A stretch of 64,000 nt of DNA from Trichoplax adhaerens (GCF_000150275.1 NW_002060944.1:8456159-8520158), one strand, 5' to 3'; positions 22,901 through 37,200 are shown, counted from the first letter of the stretch. The notes: generated by a model not told the origin, from the sequence alone. Program-made: numbers and translations.

Positions 22901-25280
22901 TCATATTCTTTGAAGTAAATTTACTTGAGTTATAATATCTTTCTGAACGAAAATTGAATTAAAAATTTAGATTGCACCATTAGAAAATTCTGTGCCTTTA
23001 ATTGTTTACGTTAACCCAAAGAGTGGCGGTCAGCAAGGAAGGAGGTAAATAATATCATTATTAATAATAGTAATTTTATATGCTTTATCAGTAGTTAAAA
23101 TTGTAGTAATACAGTACTGTACTTCAAGTTATTATTTGGTGGGTGATTTGGTTTATGGCTGCGCTTCACGGAAACATAAAATTTTTGTGTATGAAAAATT
23201 ATATCTATTTTGTTACATTATCTTCTAGAACGCTACAAAAATTTCAGTATCTATTAAATCCTAGGCAAGTATATAACTTGCTAGATGGTGGTCCAACGCC
23301 AGGGTATGAATTTTTTTATTGAATATCTACTGGTATACCAAATTATTCCAGTACATAAAAGCTAATAAACTTTAGATGATGACAATAAGGTGTTAATTCT
23401 AATTCTAATTCTATATTATTTCACTTATATACTGTACTACATGTGGCATTCTTCAAATTACAAATCAAACAGCTTGAAATTTATTCGTAATGTACCCAAT
23501 TTTCGCGTTCTTTGTTGTGGAGGAGATGGAACAGCTGGCTGGGTTCTAGCAACAATCGGTTAGAAAATCATCTTAAATGTGTCGCGATCCTACTAACTAC
23601 GATCTTGACATGCTTTAGGAGCGTAAGAGATTAGATGATTTTAATTGGTCTGATACATTTGGTAACATAAATTTTTTCAGATAAGATGGAGATAGATCCT
23701 CCACCGCCTATTGCAATCTTGCCATTAGGTAGGCGCTACTATGGCAATGTTTGTTTTCGATGTACATTACAATGCAACTTATTCAGCCTCATTTTAGTAG
23801 ATAGATATACTACATTTTTAAGTTTAATTACTAGACGTTGAAGATTGATATCTTTTTATAATTTAGGAACTGGAAATGATCTTGCAAGATGGTTGGATTG
23901 GGGTGGTGGTTACGACGGTGGAAATCTTTCTAAAATATTACAGCAGATTGAGCAAGCTGTTCCAGTATCTCTAGATAGGTAAGAGATTTAGGATAGTTAA
24001 TACGATTTATGGCAATGCTTTGAGAATGAATGGATACATTTCAACTTTAGTTTTATGTTTTATACAATGTTTCAACGTCTTACTTTCTTCAATAATGCCA
24101 AGGTGGAATATTGATATCTCCGCATTTGAGGGTCTTGAAGGTAGAGGCGAGCCGGTACCACTAAATGTGTTTAACAATTACTATTCGATCGGTGTAGATG
24201 CTTCTATTGCGCACAAATTTCATACCATGAGACAGAAGAATCCAGAAAAATTTAGTAGCAGGTAATAAAATATCAATCTTGGATTTCCCAACAACGCTAA
24301 CCAATGTTGTACCGCTTTCTAGATAATTTACTCAATCCATTCCGTTATTTTAGGATAAAAAACAAGTGGTTTTATTTTGGATGTGGTGCTGAAGAGCGCT
24401 TATCTAGTAGCTGCAAAAGTTTAAACTCTCATATAGACGTAATTGTATGTGAAATCTGCATTCTGCAATACCTTATATTCAATGTTATTCAGTGGTAAGA
24501 TAAACTAAAAATAAGCGTTTACATTTACAGTGCGACGGAAAGGCAATCGATTTAACCGATACATCATTAGAAGGAATCGTGATTTTAAATATTCCCAGCA
24601 TGTATGGTGGTACAAATATATGGGGTAATACTAGCGAAAAGAAAAAGTCAAAGAAGAAAGAAGCTCAGAAGAGCTCACATAGATTTGTGCCTCAAGGTTT
24701 AAAGCTTAATAAATGTTGTCCTTCATTATCTTATGATTCCTGAACTTTATCTTAATTTATTGCATCCTTAGTTCCGAATGATCGATTACTCGAAGTCGTC
24801 GGTTTAGAGAACGCTAGTCATGTTGGCCAGCTTATTACTGGCTTACGTGAACACGGTGTGCGACTAGCTCAAGCATCAAATATAGTTATACGGTAAAAGA
24901 AGATATATAGAAGTGCTAAAGTTGAGGTTTTTTTAGTCTGGACGCCATTCTTTGTACGTAAAGTTATCGAGATGATATAATATTTATACTCTATACTATT
25001 GATTACTGTAGAACCAAGAAAGAATACCCTATGCAAATTGATGGAGAACCTTGGATTCAGCCACCATCAACGGTATAATAGATTCATAATAGTTTCATAT
25101 ATTATAATCAATGAGGATGTCGTGAATATAAATAATTTTTCGCATCTAATTCATTTACAGATTCGAATTACATTCCGTAATCAAATGCCAATGTTACAAA
25201 ATTTTCACCGATCGCGTAAAGTAAAATTACTTCCGTTCGTAAAAAGACGTTCACGTTCATATAAATATCCGGGAACTTAA
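7971..25280 (+). CDS. DGKB: Type I diacylglycerol kinase (DGK alpha/beta/gamma group): N-terminal RVH region, 2 EF-hands, 2 C1 domains, catalytic and accessory domains
   Basis: Exon 1 7971-8037 ([22 protein letters not shown]|gtaagt, phase 1) joins 19827-19909 ([13 protein letters not shown]). Further exons at ~20109-20272, 20442-20582, 20721-20868, 20972-21065 ([12 protein letters not shown]), 21186-21235, 21345-21419, 21512-21631, 21773-21799, 21925-22015, 22168-22256, 22351-22470, 22601-22699, 22797-22868, 22971-23044 (VNPKSGG), 23229-23302, 23473-23558 (CGGDGT), 23681-23728, 23867-23978 (GTGNDLAR), 24103-24261 ([10 protein letters not shown]), 24354-24425, 24531-24696, 24771-24892, 25012-25072 (PMQIDGEPW), 25161-25280. 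The symbol denotes the family (co-ortholog of DGKA/B/G). Confidence 0.95.
11085..11480. repeat. 101-bp tandem repeat x4 with internal hairpin
   Basis: Units start gtcgatt at 11085, 11186, 11287, 11389; each contains atcgaag-N10-cttcgat. Confidence 0.92.
12925..14225. repeat. Old degenerate local repeat family
   Basis: Motif tccatt(t)tgactac(a/g)t(c/t)aa..gatag..agttgaagacgagtt recognisable at ~12929, 13783, 13845, 13993, 14097. Confidence 0.65.
15085..15465. repeat. 112-bp tandem repeat x3 plus degenerate partial copy
   Basis: catccatgagtttctccttgccaatgttgtcac at 15087, 15199, 15311 and diverged at 15423. Confidence 0.95.
15701..15962. repeat. 44-bp minisatellite x6
   Basis: catccaaaacgataaatt at 15701, 15744, 15788, 15832, 15876, 15920. 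Confidence 0.95.
18055..18244. repeat. ~99-bp tandem duplication
   Basis: tatctaaa..cgacagagagactta...ttccatttttatccttgat twice (18055, 18154). Confidence 0.85.
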
Positions 25281-26682
25281 TCTCCCAAAGTTTATGTAGC
25301 GATCATCAAATCTATCAGAATGATTAATTTTCCTGGCGAAAGAGCTCATGGAAACTGTCGTAAAATTTCTGATAGTTCCATTATACATCGATACAAAAGT
25401 TTAGGGGTAAATCTCCTTTCTTTCACGATTGTTAAATCAGTTTTACCGCACAGTAGATTTTTTTGCTTGTTTTTATATACTGTAATTGGTTAGGTTTCCA
25501 AAGTATCATACTGCAAGCTTTTAGAGAAATTGCTTTTACGTAATGCGATTTTATTTGTACGTTGGTGATAGGCAAAAGCATTTACTGTAGGTTTATATTT
25601 AATACAGTAATAATCACCTATTTGATTGCAAATTGAGTGTAGCACGTCAGACCAAAGGTACTTATTATTTATTAAGCTTGCATGCTATAAACTTTTAAGC
25701 TTGTAGTCAAACATTAGTAACAAATGCAATTACTTTTCAATATATTATTCTGCAATAGTTCTTATGTTAATTTTTTTGAGTATATCATTTCTTTAGCAAA
25801 ACGATTTTCACCTGAAAAACAAAATGTTAAAATTTTTCGTCTGTTATGTAAGCAATATCGAACTTAATTTTGTCATTTCCGCCGATTCAAATTATAAATA
25901 ATTAAAGCTTGGGTATACATATTCTTTAAATAAACATAATTTCACGTTATTTTGATGTATACCGAGATAATGATATAAAATTATTTAACCTATATATTGT
26001 ATTTTGTCGGTATTATCACACGAAAATTGATTAATTTTTGAAAGAGAAATCTGCACCACTATGTTATCATTTAAGATTGTTTTTCTTTTCTTATTCGTTT
26101 TATCCATTTCAAAATAATACGGGATTTGGAGTACCTCTACTCCAACCTAATACAAATCTACGCTTAAACAAATAATCTAATCTGCATATAAAAGTCAATT
26201 TAATATTATTTATACGCGTATATATCTTTATCGATCAAACACATTATCCTTTTGATAGAAATTATGATATTTATATTATCACGTTGTAAAAGAAGATTTA
26301 AGTCAAGTATTATTACTATTCTAATTGCATTGTAAGCTTTAAATTACGAAATTAATTATTACGCTGTATTCAAACTTTACTCCTAGTATTGGAATGTTTC
26401 TCAATTTTCTTCTATATCGACTTCCATATTGCAATCACTCTGACCACAATAATAAACATTACTAAAGTAATCAATGGTGTAAATGCAATATCGAAATGGA
26501 TTGAATTAAGTAAAATGAACTTTATTTCTGACGCATTTTATTGGCAAATTAATTATAATTAATAGATGGATCATCTAACAAAGAAGACGATTTTTAAGTA
26601 AATATCAGACTATTTTACAAGTAATGCAAATAATAATATTTCAACATTAAGACGATGGTGATAAAAAATAGCATTACTGCAA

Positions 26683-29600
26683 TTACAATATTGACAGCTT
26701 TAACCTGCTGCCATCATACTGTGATGATACGATGTCTTGGATTCGATCAAGGATCGATGTAAAAATCTGATACCACGCAGCATGAGCTACAGTTTTCCTG
26801 CATAACATGGTTATCATTTATAAATAAAACAAATCATTGTATTAGTATGCGCAGTTTTACGCAGTGTTAGAAATTGGATAAATAAATATACTGAAAAAGT
26901 AATATTGTATGTCCTATCCGAAAAGTAAATTTCTTACCTTTTCAATAATTTGCATAGAAGCCAAACATTTTCAAGGTTTTTAGATGAAATACAACGTTCA
27001 ACGTAGGACATCAAATATTCGATATCAGTTTCAGTTGGCCCAACATCTTTAATAAGTCATTTTTTATTTAAATATTAGTCAAAATCTTACACTATTTGTT
27101 ATCCATTCTTTGATTGATGAAAATTAGAGTTAGTTAGATACCACTAACCAAGACATGCGTCTACCCATTCAGCCATAATTTTTTTCACTTCATTTATTTC
27201 AGTGGCACCGCAAAATTCAGGCTAAAATGGAGATAAAGGAATATCATTACGAAAATATTACTGATATTTTAGGCACAGAATGTAACCCTTTTTGATGAGA
27301 CCAGTATTTACTTCGATGACGTTCGTTTGATCTGGCAATATTTTCGGTTTCCTTTCGGTCGAATCGAGTACAATAATATCACGATCGAGTTTGTCCTCTT
27401 TATTTTCTTTAGGAATAGATTGATCTGATTTATTACGACGAAATTTGTTTTTAATATTTCTTTTTGGCTTTTTTCGTTGTTTAACATTTTTACGTGGTAT
27501 TTCTTCATTATAATTTATATGACGATAAACGTCTGCAATAGCACCAAGGTTGATAGGATCAATCTGGGTAAAATCAAAATTCAATATTTTAATAGCTTTT
27601 AAGAAAAATTATTTTGAACTCCACTTTCGAAATATTTTATTTGTCATGGAAAGGTCCAGAGCATTTTCTTACGGAAGAGTTAGCATCAATGGTAGCAGAG
27701 GTAGAAGGTTCAACTTTAATTTGTGCTCTAATTTTAGTAAAAGAAGCAATAAAAATATCAAGAATCTTCTACGATAACAGGAAACAGCCCTTGAAACAGC
27801 TTACTCTGACGACATTTTAGCGTATTTCTGTTCAATTTTTAATCGCATTTCCTTTGGTAAAGCATCTAAAACAGAATGGTCAAGCTAGAGAAGATGCAAT
27901 TAAAAATTTCTATAGTAATCCGCATTTGCCAAGAGAGAACGTACAAATAAATCAATAATGAAGTTGTATTTGATTGCAGGAAGTAAATTGTATATCTTAA
28001 CGATTGCGAAACAATGATTACCTGTGAAGGAGAAGGTAGATCGAATGATTCATCATTTTGCGCTTCTATGTGACGATTGGAATCAGTGATTTCTTCCTGC
28101 TTTGCTATGCTAGTTGTCGGTATAGATTGATCATGGATAACTTCAATTTGGTCTGATGGTTCGATTTGTTCATGTGCCTTTACATTTTCTTCTACTTGAG
28201 GTACAGACTTTATAAAGTTCAGTAAACCTTGCGAACCTTTAACATCTTCATCTATGGGTGACAATCGTTGTATTTGAATACCCATCTATAAATTTATAAT
28301 GATTTGGCATACTTTATAATTCATAGTAAGAAAAAATTTAGATTTTAATTTAAAATTGATTTAATAGCGCTGCTACTTACACCACGGACATCTTGCACAT
28401 TAATACTTGCAAAGGAATAAAATAATTTCATGCATTCTTTGCTAATGATATCGCTGTCGCAAGTTGGTCGTGTTAAGGTAGTCGATTTTGCGTAGTTATC
28501 GCATTTTCCATGACCTAAATATTTCCAAGGTTTAATTGAGGCATCTGGGCTACGATGCTTCATCTGTAGGGCGTATCAATATCAAAACCTTCATGAAAAT
28601 GGAAGTTGTTCTGCGATATAACAAATTTCAAACGTATGAAAACAATAGCTTGCCTTTAAGGTAATCGATTTTCCTTTAACACTTGCTTCTTTGAGGCGTT
28701 TTACAACTTCAACGCTTAAATTTTTTACAAATACTTCAACGTCTTTTGACTACAGAAATCAACGACATTTAGCTTAAACTATAATCATTTGGAGCAGTAA
28801 ATAATCAAATTGCAACGTATCTCGAAAATAAATCTATGTTTTTAATATTGTCGACCTCAGCAAATCGAATTCCATAATTTATTTCTGCCGATACGGATTT
28901 TCTTTCATGATCAACTTGGACTGGACGTTCGTCAATACCACGACAGTATTGGTATAACATAAGCCCAGTCTTAGTACCAAAGTCTCTCTGTAATACAGGT
29001 AACGAAATTTTACGAAGATCTTGACAAGTTTCCACATTGAGATCTTTTAATTTCCGATGTAATCGGTATCCTACGCCTAATGTAGATTGAAAATGATAAC
29101 GAGTCCGGTTACAAATTCTATAGGTTGTAAATGACGAGTTCATTAAAGTTATGCAATGATATCGCTTTTGCAGCTGTTATTTTAATTGATAAGTCAATTT
29201 TAATAACCAGGTAAATCCTTGAGTGATTGATTGGCGACAAAAGTTAACACATTAGCTGGATCAACATAATGTTGTCCATTAGGTTTGGCAATTCTTGTTG
29301 CCATTCTGGCAATTAAAAGGTTTGGACCTAAGATAAAGCAGTATAATGGTCACATAGGCATATAAAAATCTATAACTACTTCTGCTTGTAATTGGAAACT
29401 GATAGAAATGTTAACGAGTTCCATTTCGTGGCAATTATTTACCGATTCCAGCAGAACAGGTACAACCAGTTTTACTTTCAATGTCGTGTCGAATACTTGA
29501 TGCTAAATCCTGTATAGTGTAATCGTCTTGTAAGATGTCAGTTACATCGATGTATGCTTCATCGCAGCTGATTGCCATAATTTCAAAAGTGTAACTATTA

Positions 29601-31773
29601 CCAAGGTACATATAACAAAATTAAAAATTACTTATTCCATCGATTAGTAAACACAACTATTAATTGCTTGTTAGTTAAAAGAGCATATAACTGCTTCATT
29701 ACCTGGCTAATGTATTGTAGAGTAATTTAGAGACTTCTTTATATTTATCAAATTCATAAGGCACAACTCTTAAATGAGGACAAAGTTGTAATGCTCTACC
29801 CATAAACATGCCATTATGAAGGCCATATCGTCTGGCAACGTAGTTACAAGAGGCAATCTCTGACGTAGAAAATTGCTCAACGCTTTCTTTATCATTAGCA
29901 CTGATAAAATTATTATTTATTTTATTTGACTTAGAAGGGCTGTCATGGCTAGCCTTTTCTGCTTTAACTTTATCCTTAGAATGATAATCTTCCCAGTGAG
30001 CCATTTCTTGGATGAATTCAGCTTTTTCTTGTAGTTTATCAGCATTTTGCAGATTTGCTGGCTTAATCTTGCCTTTAGAATGTGTTACAGCTACCGGTAA
30101 TCCACGTAGATCGGCTCGATCACGAATAGCTACGGATACAAAAAATGAATCCATGTCGAGATGCATAACAACACGGTTGAATAAATTTTTTCTGCCAGTA
30201 TTTTGTGAATTTGGCGATTCAATTATAGCCTGGTCAGCTGATGATTGTAAAGGTTCTTCTTTAACTGTTACTTCATGATTTTCATGCTTGATCGTAGAGC
30301 TACGACTACTTTTGAGATCAATGATACGCTGACGTATCTCGTCTCGACGATTATCCAAATCAATATTTCTATCTAGAGTACTGGCATAATTTTTCCATTC
30401 CGATTTCCATGTTGCTAGATAGTGCAATCGTGATCGACTATAAAATTGCGACACAAATTCTGGATCAGCGGTATTAGCGATACCAGGAGGAAATTTTTCT
30501 TTAGCTTTTGGTGAATCGGTTTTAATATTTTGGCTCTTAACAGTAGTAGAATTGTTGCTACAGCTGGAGTTACAATTTGTATTATTATTTTTGTTTTTAC
30601 CACTTGAGTTAGCCTCAGTAAATTGTATTTTCGTTTGTGATGCACTACGCCCATCCACCAGTAAGTAATTGTATATGGGCAATATTTTTCCATTTTGAAT
30701 ACTGCAAAAGATAACGAAATCAATTATTATGTAATCTATCCAGTTATATCATTTTAGCATGTATTTGCAGTCTAACTTACCTATCTACAATCCAGCTAGG
30801 CTTTACCACAATCTCCTTCCTATAGCAATACAGGTCATTGATATAATTAATATACAATACGTATTAAGAATACGAATCGATTCAAAGTAGATAATTGATG
30901 TGATCATAGTAACCATTTGCAGCGAATGTATCAATTACTTTTATTGTAGCTTACTTTAAGTCTTTTATTTTAACATCCGGTAAGTTACTTGCTATAATAT
31001 GGGTTACACGAGACTTGGAGTAGTATTGTTGAAAATTACCACCATGAATCATGATTAACTGCTTCAATACCTCGGCAGATGGATCTACCATTAATATACA
31101 ATGGTTAACAGTGATCAATCATCATAGTAGGATTCTACCATATATTGCATTGAATTGGAGATAGAGAATTATTTTAGGAAATAAATACTGTACTCTTATG
31201 CGGTACATTACACTTGCACACTGGATGCAAAGTCACCCTATTCATCTTGGTTTGTAAATCATTTTTAGTATTGTACATATAGTATGACGTTCTCTATCTA
31301 GAATTGTCACTTATGTAGGTATTGATAATCACTTTACTAGTTCACTTTGATTCATGAATGTTTTATATTGATTTGATGATCCAAGGCAAGGATAATAAGA
31401 CAGCATAGATTAGATTTCAATGTCATAACATACTTGTGTAACCATTAATATGGATGGAGACACCATGAAAGAGATTGGAGACTAGCCTGTAAGATGGAAA
31501 ATTGGTATATGCTTGAGTCGCTATTATAAGGATCCATTATAACATCAATTAGTTTTGCTTACGCTTTCTTTTGCTCAGCTAGATATTGATCATCTAGTTT
31601 AACCGCTTTAACATCAAAATATTCATCCTATCATTTCAATACAGATCCATATTATAATTGGTATGGCAGGGTATTGAATCATTGCTGTACAATAGATATG
31701 AATATTTGATTACCCTTGAATCCCATGCATATTCAGTGACATTATTATGAGCTTTTCGTTTGCCAGCAGCCAT
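26683..31773 (-). CDS. REV1: DNA repair protein REV1 (Y-family deoxycytidyl transferase): BRCT, polymerase, UBM and C-terminal domains
   Basis: ATG at 31773 (MAAGKRK), exons 31714-31773, 31563-31627, 31434-31486 (LFHGVSIHINGYT), 30955-31084 (HGG..VTHIIASNLP), a large exon 29703-30701 (FYSRSRLH, MHLDMDSFFVSV, EIASCNYVARRYG), then ISCDEAYIDVT, RKSVSAEINYGIRF, KYLGHGKCD, DVRG, DLPSPSQ..DALPKEMR; final exon ends ..RLKLSIL* at 26683. Confidence 0.96.
28564..28653 (-). other. GC-AG intron in REV1
   Basis: Exon ..SITLK(aag)|gcaagc...ctacag|MKHRSPDA. No GT donor gives the right phase and read-through meets a stop. Confidence 0.8.
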
Positions 31774-32518
31774 GATAATCTTGATGAAGATGATGTTGGC
31801 TTGTACTGAGTTTCACTGGATAGCTAATTTTCCATTCCTGCAGGTTTCGATCTCAATCGGAGTGCAACTACCTATAATACAACAAATACCTGCAGTCCGT
31901 CAACCTACGGACCTACACTGTATTACAGTTTCTGATTGAGAATCGACATGGAGAACAGCTTAGTTTAGCATTATCATCATTACCTCTACTGTATTCATTG
32001 GATTTCAGCTTATTAGCGAGTTGGCTGCCATCTTCATTCCATTTCTGGCTCGAAAATCCTTCAACGACGATAGATTTGATTCTATTTTACTCTCACGACT
32101 GAATCCGAATCCACTCTACCAGAATACTATTTTACTAAGCGATGATTGGATTTCCGTTGGTTACTATGGAAATGAACAGTCTACAGTACTGAGTAGGGTA
32201 AGTTAGCAGTACAGTACAACAAATCTACAGTACATACTATGGGCTCGGGCTACTGCAGGACGGAGGGACAGGCAAACGACGGGCCAAAGCTACAACGCAA
32301 ATCCAACTGTCTGCATAGTACAGTACTGTACTGTTAGTCTGTTTTTACTGTGTGTATATTGGCAAAATTGACTGCAATGGCAGCCAACAAGCTCGGATAT
32401 GTTTGTAGGATTTTGTCACGAAAGGAATCTTCGTGATTGATACTTTATTTCTATGTTACCTTCTCTATACGTTGATGCCTCAGAAATGTTTTACGGTCTC
32501 CTTAATTGTTGTAACTGC

Positions 32519-32742
32519 AGTGGTTAACGCTTGATATCCTTAATTTAGGATTAGATAGACTAAAATAGTAATTGTCCACCAGTTCAACTGGATTGTATCT
32601 ATCATCTCCTAACTTGTTAAGGTTCAAACTTAAGTGGTTAACGCTTGATATCCTTAATTTAGGATTAGATAGACTAAAATAGTAATTGTCCACCAGTTCA
32701 ACTGGATTGTATCTATCACCTCCGAAGTTGTTAAGGTTCAAA
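32519..32742. repeat. 114-bp near-perfect tandem duplication
   Basis: agtggttaacgcttgatatcc...gttaaggttcaaa at 32519 and 32633. Confidence 0.95.
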
Positions 32743-33580
32743 GCATAATTCCTAAGTTTAGAGGAAATGTCTTAGTAGGATAGCTTGATATATATCTGTT
32801 AAACTGTTATTAACCATTGATTATTTTAATACTGATGCAGTAAATTTAATATCTGCCTTATAATATAATGCAATATAATATTTGCCTTAATATTGGCCTT
32901 GGGCTATCTGCCTTGGAATACCTATTGACTGGTACTCCAAATAACAGTAGTATAGGGTAGAAATGTCTCTCTCAATCCTTGTTGCAAGTTAGGGCTATTC
33001 CTAGCTCGTAGCAGATTTCTTGGCGGCCTCAGTAATATATCTTTCTACTTATAGACTGTAGACGAGAGAGATAGTTGTTTCAGAGAAGAGAACTTGATTG
33101 CCCTAAGTCAGTCAGGTACAAGGTAGAGAAAGAGAGATGCTGCTACACAGAGAAAGGATTCTGAACCGAATACGCTAATACACATATGCATACAGTATAT
33201 GTAATCGATTTTGGCCTAGTACGATTTTAGTTGTACTATATTATTGTTCTGGTTCTGTGCGCATTATCATCATGATCTATGCATCTGATCATGTACACTA
33301 GTGCATGATTAGAAGATAAATGGCTAATGATATTATAGCCTCTATCATTCTTGGCACCAGTGCTAGTTAATGTTTACATGTACATTTCCTATTACTCGTA
33401 CTTTTAGGATCAACTTGGAAGAACGACCATCCTACTTTTATACTTTGAAAAGTAAAATATGACAGAATGCAAAAGGGATAGATCATAATCGTTATGACAT
33501 AACTAAGGAACTGCAGCATTAATAGAACACCATCAATTATTTGCAAATTTGGATCTAGTCCATACATGACGTACAATTTT

Positions 33581-33944
33581 TACAGGGACGTGGGGGAGTT
33601 TGGAAGCCAATTTTCGGAAGTTTCATCTTCCATTGTAAAAGCTGTTCAATTTTCACTTCAAGAATTGAACTTAAAGTTTGACTATTCTACTTTGGCATCC
33701 ATCCAAGAGTGATACAACATAACGGCTATTGAACTATAATAAAGTCTACTTGCACCATTCGTACACTTATTCGTACACTCGATTACTTATAAATTTTATA
33801 CGGTGATATGGAAAGATTCATAGCTTGATCATTATACTTTAGCTCCGTCCAAAAGTGATAGACCATAACGGCTATCGTATAGTTATTGAACTATAATAAG
33901 CTCTACTTGCACCACTTGTACTGCGATTACTTAAATATTTTATA
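33581..33944. mobile_element. Truncated or duplicated left ends of the adjacent MITE family
   Basis: ta|cagggacgtgggggagtttggaagc..gctgttcaattttcacttcaagaa (33581-33665) and ta|cggtgatatggaaag (~33799) resemble the TIR at 33945. 33700-33810 is duplicated at 33845-33960. Confidence 0.6.
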
Positions 33945-34213
33945 CAGTGATATGGGAAGGTTGGAAACAAGTTTTCCATAGTGATGGCTGTTCAATTTTC
34001 AACTCAAGAATTTCGCTTTAGGGTTCACTATTCATCATAAGGTACAGTATACAATTGGATATAATTGTGTTTGAAAACTACCTTAACTGATATCAGTAAA
34101 AGCTTCGATACTTTTCAAATATCCAATCATAAATACTAAAAGGGATACTCTTGAGATGAAAATTGAACATCGTTTATTATGGAAAATTATTTCCAAACTT
34201 TCCTGTATCACCG
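33945..34213. mobile_element. 269-bp non-autonomous Tc1/mariner-type element (MITE) with TA target-site duplication
   Basis: TA|cagtgatatgggaaggttggaaac..tgttcaattttcaactcaaga (33945-34009) is the imperfect reverse complement of tcttgagatgaaaattgaaca..ttccaaactttcctgtatcaccg|TA (34149-34213). Confidence 0.75.
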
Positions 34214-37200
34214 TAAATTCTTCAATTTCTTTGATTTACTTTGAGCGATAATAATGTCCCTGGTTAAAGCTATACACGAAATCAAGGGAAGCATGATGGA
34301 AACTAATATACCGTACAAGGCATAGACCCCTGCAAAATACACTGCTCTTATTCCCATTGCATCCTACTGTAATATTTTTATTCTCATTAAATTCCCGTTT
34401 TATTATGTCTTAGAGCAGAGATACGAGTACAATATGGTATTTCAACATTCCCAAAGATGGCATCACTAATCACTAGCGCCTTTTAATATCTTTATACGAA
34501 AATTGCTGTCGTCATCAGCATCACTAGAAGATACTTAACAATGGGTCAAAAGTTCGAAGAACACGCAAAAGAGTAACTGCTGCTCCACCAAAAGTTATTC
34601 GGAATTGAAGCAGTTTGTTTAGTATCCAATCTTAACATACAGTAGTTGAAGTTAAATGGCAACAAGGCCAAGTATAGGTACAATTACAGAATCGAATTGA
34701 ACATTGAATCATTTTTTTAATCTTTATAGTGCTTGATCAACGATAGAGTGCCTTCAGTATTATAATATTCCTATTCTAATGTCTATGCCTACTTTGCTGG
34801 ACGCAATAGAATTAATTAACAACAACGTCAGCTCGCTATTGAAACCCAATTCTTCATTGCTTTCGATCAAATACTTGCGATATATAATTTCTTCAAAATA
34901 AATACCTGGAATTACCGAAGGTACTAAACTTAATACAAGATACGTAATTGCTCAATCGTTAATTTTACTTGGTACATCCTATGATTGCCAACTGTAAGAT
35001 TAAGTCAGCTTCATAAATTTTGTGCTAGTCATAAGAGTATAGCAACATTAGCGATTTTATCTATGAATGTAGAGTATTATAATATATAACTCTCCGTAAG
35101 ATATTATAATCATGAATGCATCATCCAATCCCAATCTCTAGTAAGATTGCCATACTATCCATGTAGAAATTCATATTAAAGTTAACAGCAATTAAGATAT
35201 TTTGTCTTAATAATATTTATTTATTTTATAGCAGATGAAGTGCCGATACGCACATTCAATACGGTGTGATATGAAATATACACATATACTGTACTCAGAT
35301 AGTATGCTATTAATAGGCAAGCGTATGCTCTCATTTATTATGACATTAAAGAATAAAGTATAACGACGACTTGATTACAATTGAGTTCCTGCAATGTACC
35401 CTTTAGGCTACTGTTGAATGTTTTCGTGTAAAATAAATAAAAATTTACTTTCATGAGCCAAAAATACGCTCCTTTATAACCTATAAAATAAAATTAAATA
35501 TAAATATATGTTTGTGTTGTAAATGGAATAATTATTGTAGTATGCGTGATCTGAAGTCGTTATTAGCGTAATCGATTATTAAATTGGGCCATTGTCCTTT
35601 ATAATAAGATGCTAAGGAATTTTTGTTTAGGGCCTTCTTGACAGTTTTATTCATACAATCTAACATATTTACAGGCTGTTAGGTTTGCTACATTATTTTT
35701 TTATATCTTTAGTATCATTCCTGATTATACTACGGTTATCTCACCCCTTTCATCGTCAAATCGCCAAAATTTACTAAAGAAAAGCAAGGCGATATAAATC
35801 CGCATGTGTTAATGTAATAGCATAAGATTAAAAAGCAAATGGACTAGTCTTAATAGTAAATAGAAAAAAAAATTTTAATCGACAGTAATTGTAAATAATA
35901 TAGCAGCTAATGCGCTAGGTAATCGAAGGGTTTACTTGTATTATTTGATAAATACTAGATTTAATTAAATTAATTACTCTAAAGTATTATTTATCTCATC
36001 AATGATTAATTTGTTTTGAGTATGAACATGATACCAACGACTTTTTTTTGTATTGGTAACATAGGGTTCATACTTTACTTGTTATATTTGTTTGCGAATG
36101 CTTTTTTAATTTATTATATTTCAATAAAAGAAACGCTTTGAATAATAGCTACGCCTCATAAGTAATATTAGTAGGACATAGCTATAGCTCAAAAAATAAT
36201 AACTAATTTAAAATTTGGAGAATAGAATTATTTCAATGATCAAACTTTACGAAGTTTATGACTTGTTATTACTATTTTCGCTTACTGCTGTAGTTACATG
36301 ACCAAGTCATCTTAATGATCGCTCTATTACACTAATATTAGCATTAAATTCAGGAGCAGGCACTATATAATGAGAATAACAAATTAAGCCATATCCGAAT
36401 AATATTTACTCAGCACATCTACCCACATGTGTTATATTAGTGCGTGGTTGCCTATGATTAAAATATGTCAACAACGGATTTGATGTTTTAAATTAGGAAA
36501 TAAATATTTACAAATTTATAAATAAGACTGACCTATAGTTAGCTAACATTTTCAATTACTTCTCTAGCAAAGAACTTAGGATATTTTTTCAAACAGAAAT
36601 TTTATCTTTTTAACAAATTTAAGAAAGTAAAGATAATGAAATTACATTACTCATTGTATAGATAATCATAAACTGTACGGATAGTTTATCGAAACTAAAA
36701 TTAAATTGCTAAGCCATTATGTTTCATAATCAATTTCGTCATCACGTCTATCTATCTTCTAGAGCGTTATCACCGAATATTTTGGAAATCAAGCGTATCT
36801 GTAAATACAATGCCTAAAGCTCTATCATTCTGATGGTGTTACTGCTATATAATGGTATTGAATTTAATCTATATATGCCATTGACATTATAAGTAAATGA
36901 AAACATAATAAATAAATAAGTAAATGAAATATAAAATGAGATCATTTATATAATCATTCAATCGAATTCAAATTAGGTTTTCTTTAGGTCATGATTAGGG
37001 TAGCATAAAATTGACTTATTTTTATTGGTGTACTTTGAGATTAAAAGGTAGTGTTTAGTCCCAGACACGCCTATTTTGATGAATATGAAAATAATAATAA
37101 TTGGCAATAGCCCAAATGTTGAAATTCTAAATCTATCTTCATTTTTTCAATTATTATTTTGACATTATAGGCATTTATATTATATATAGCATTAAAAGAT

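Noticed and set aside
32502-32741. 79-aa minus-strand ORF with LRR-like LSLNLNKLGDD
   Set aside because: The ORF exists because a 114-bp (in-frame) duplication doubled a short open stretch. It has a non-ATG start and no supporting exons.
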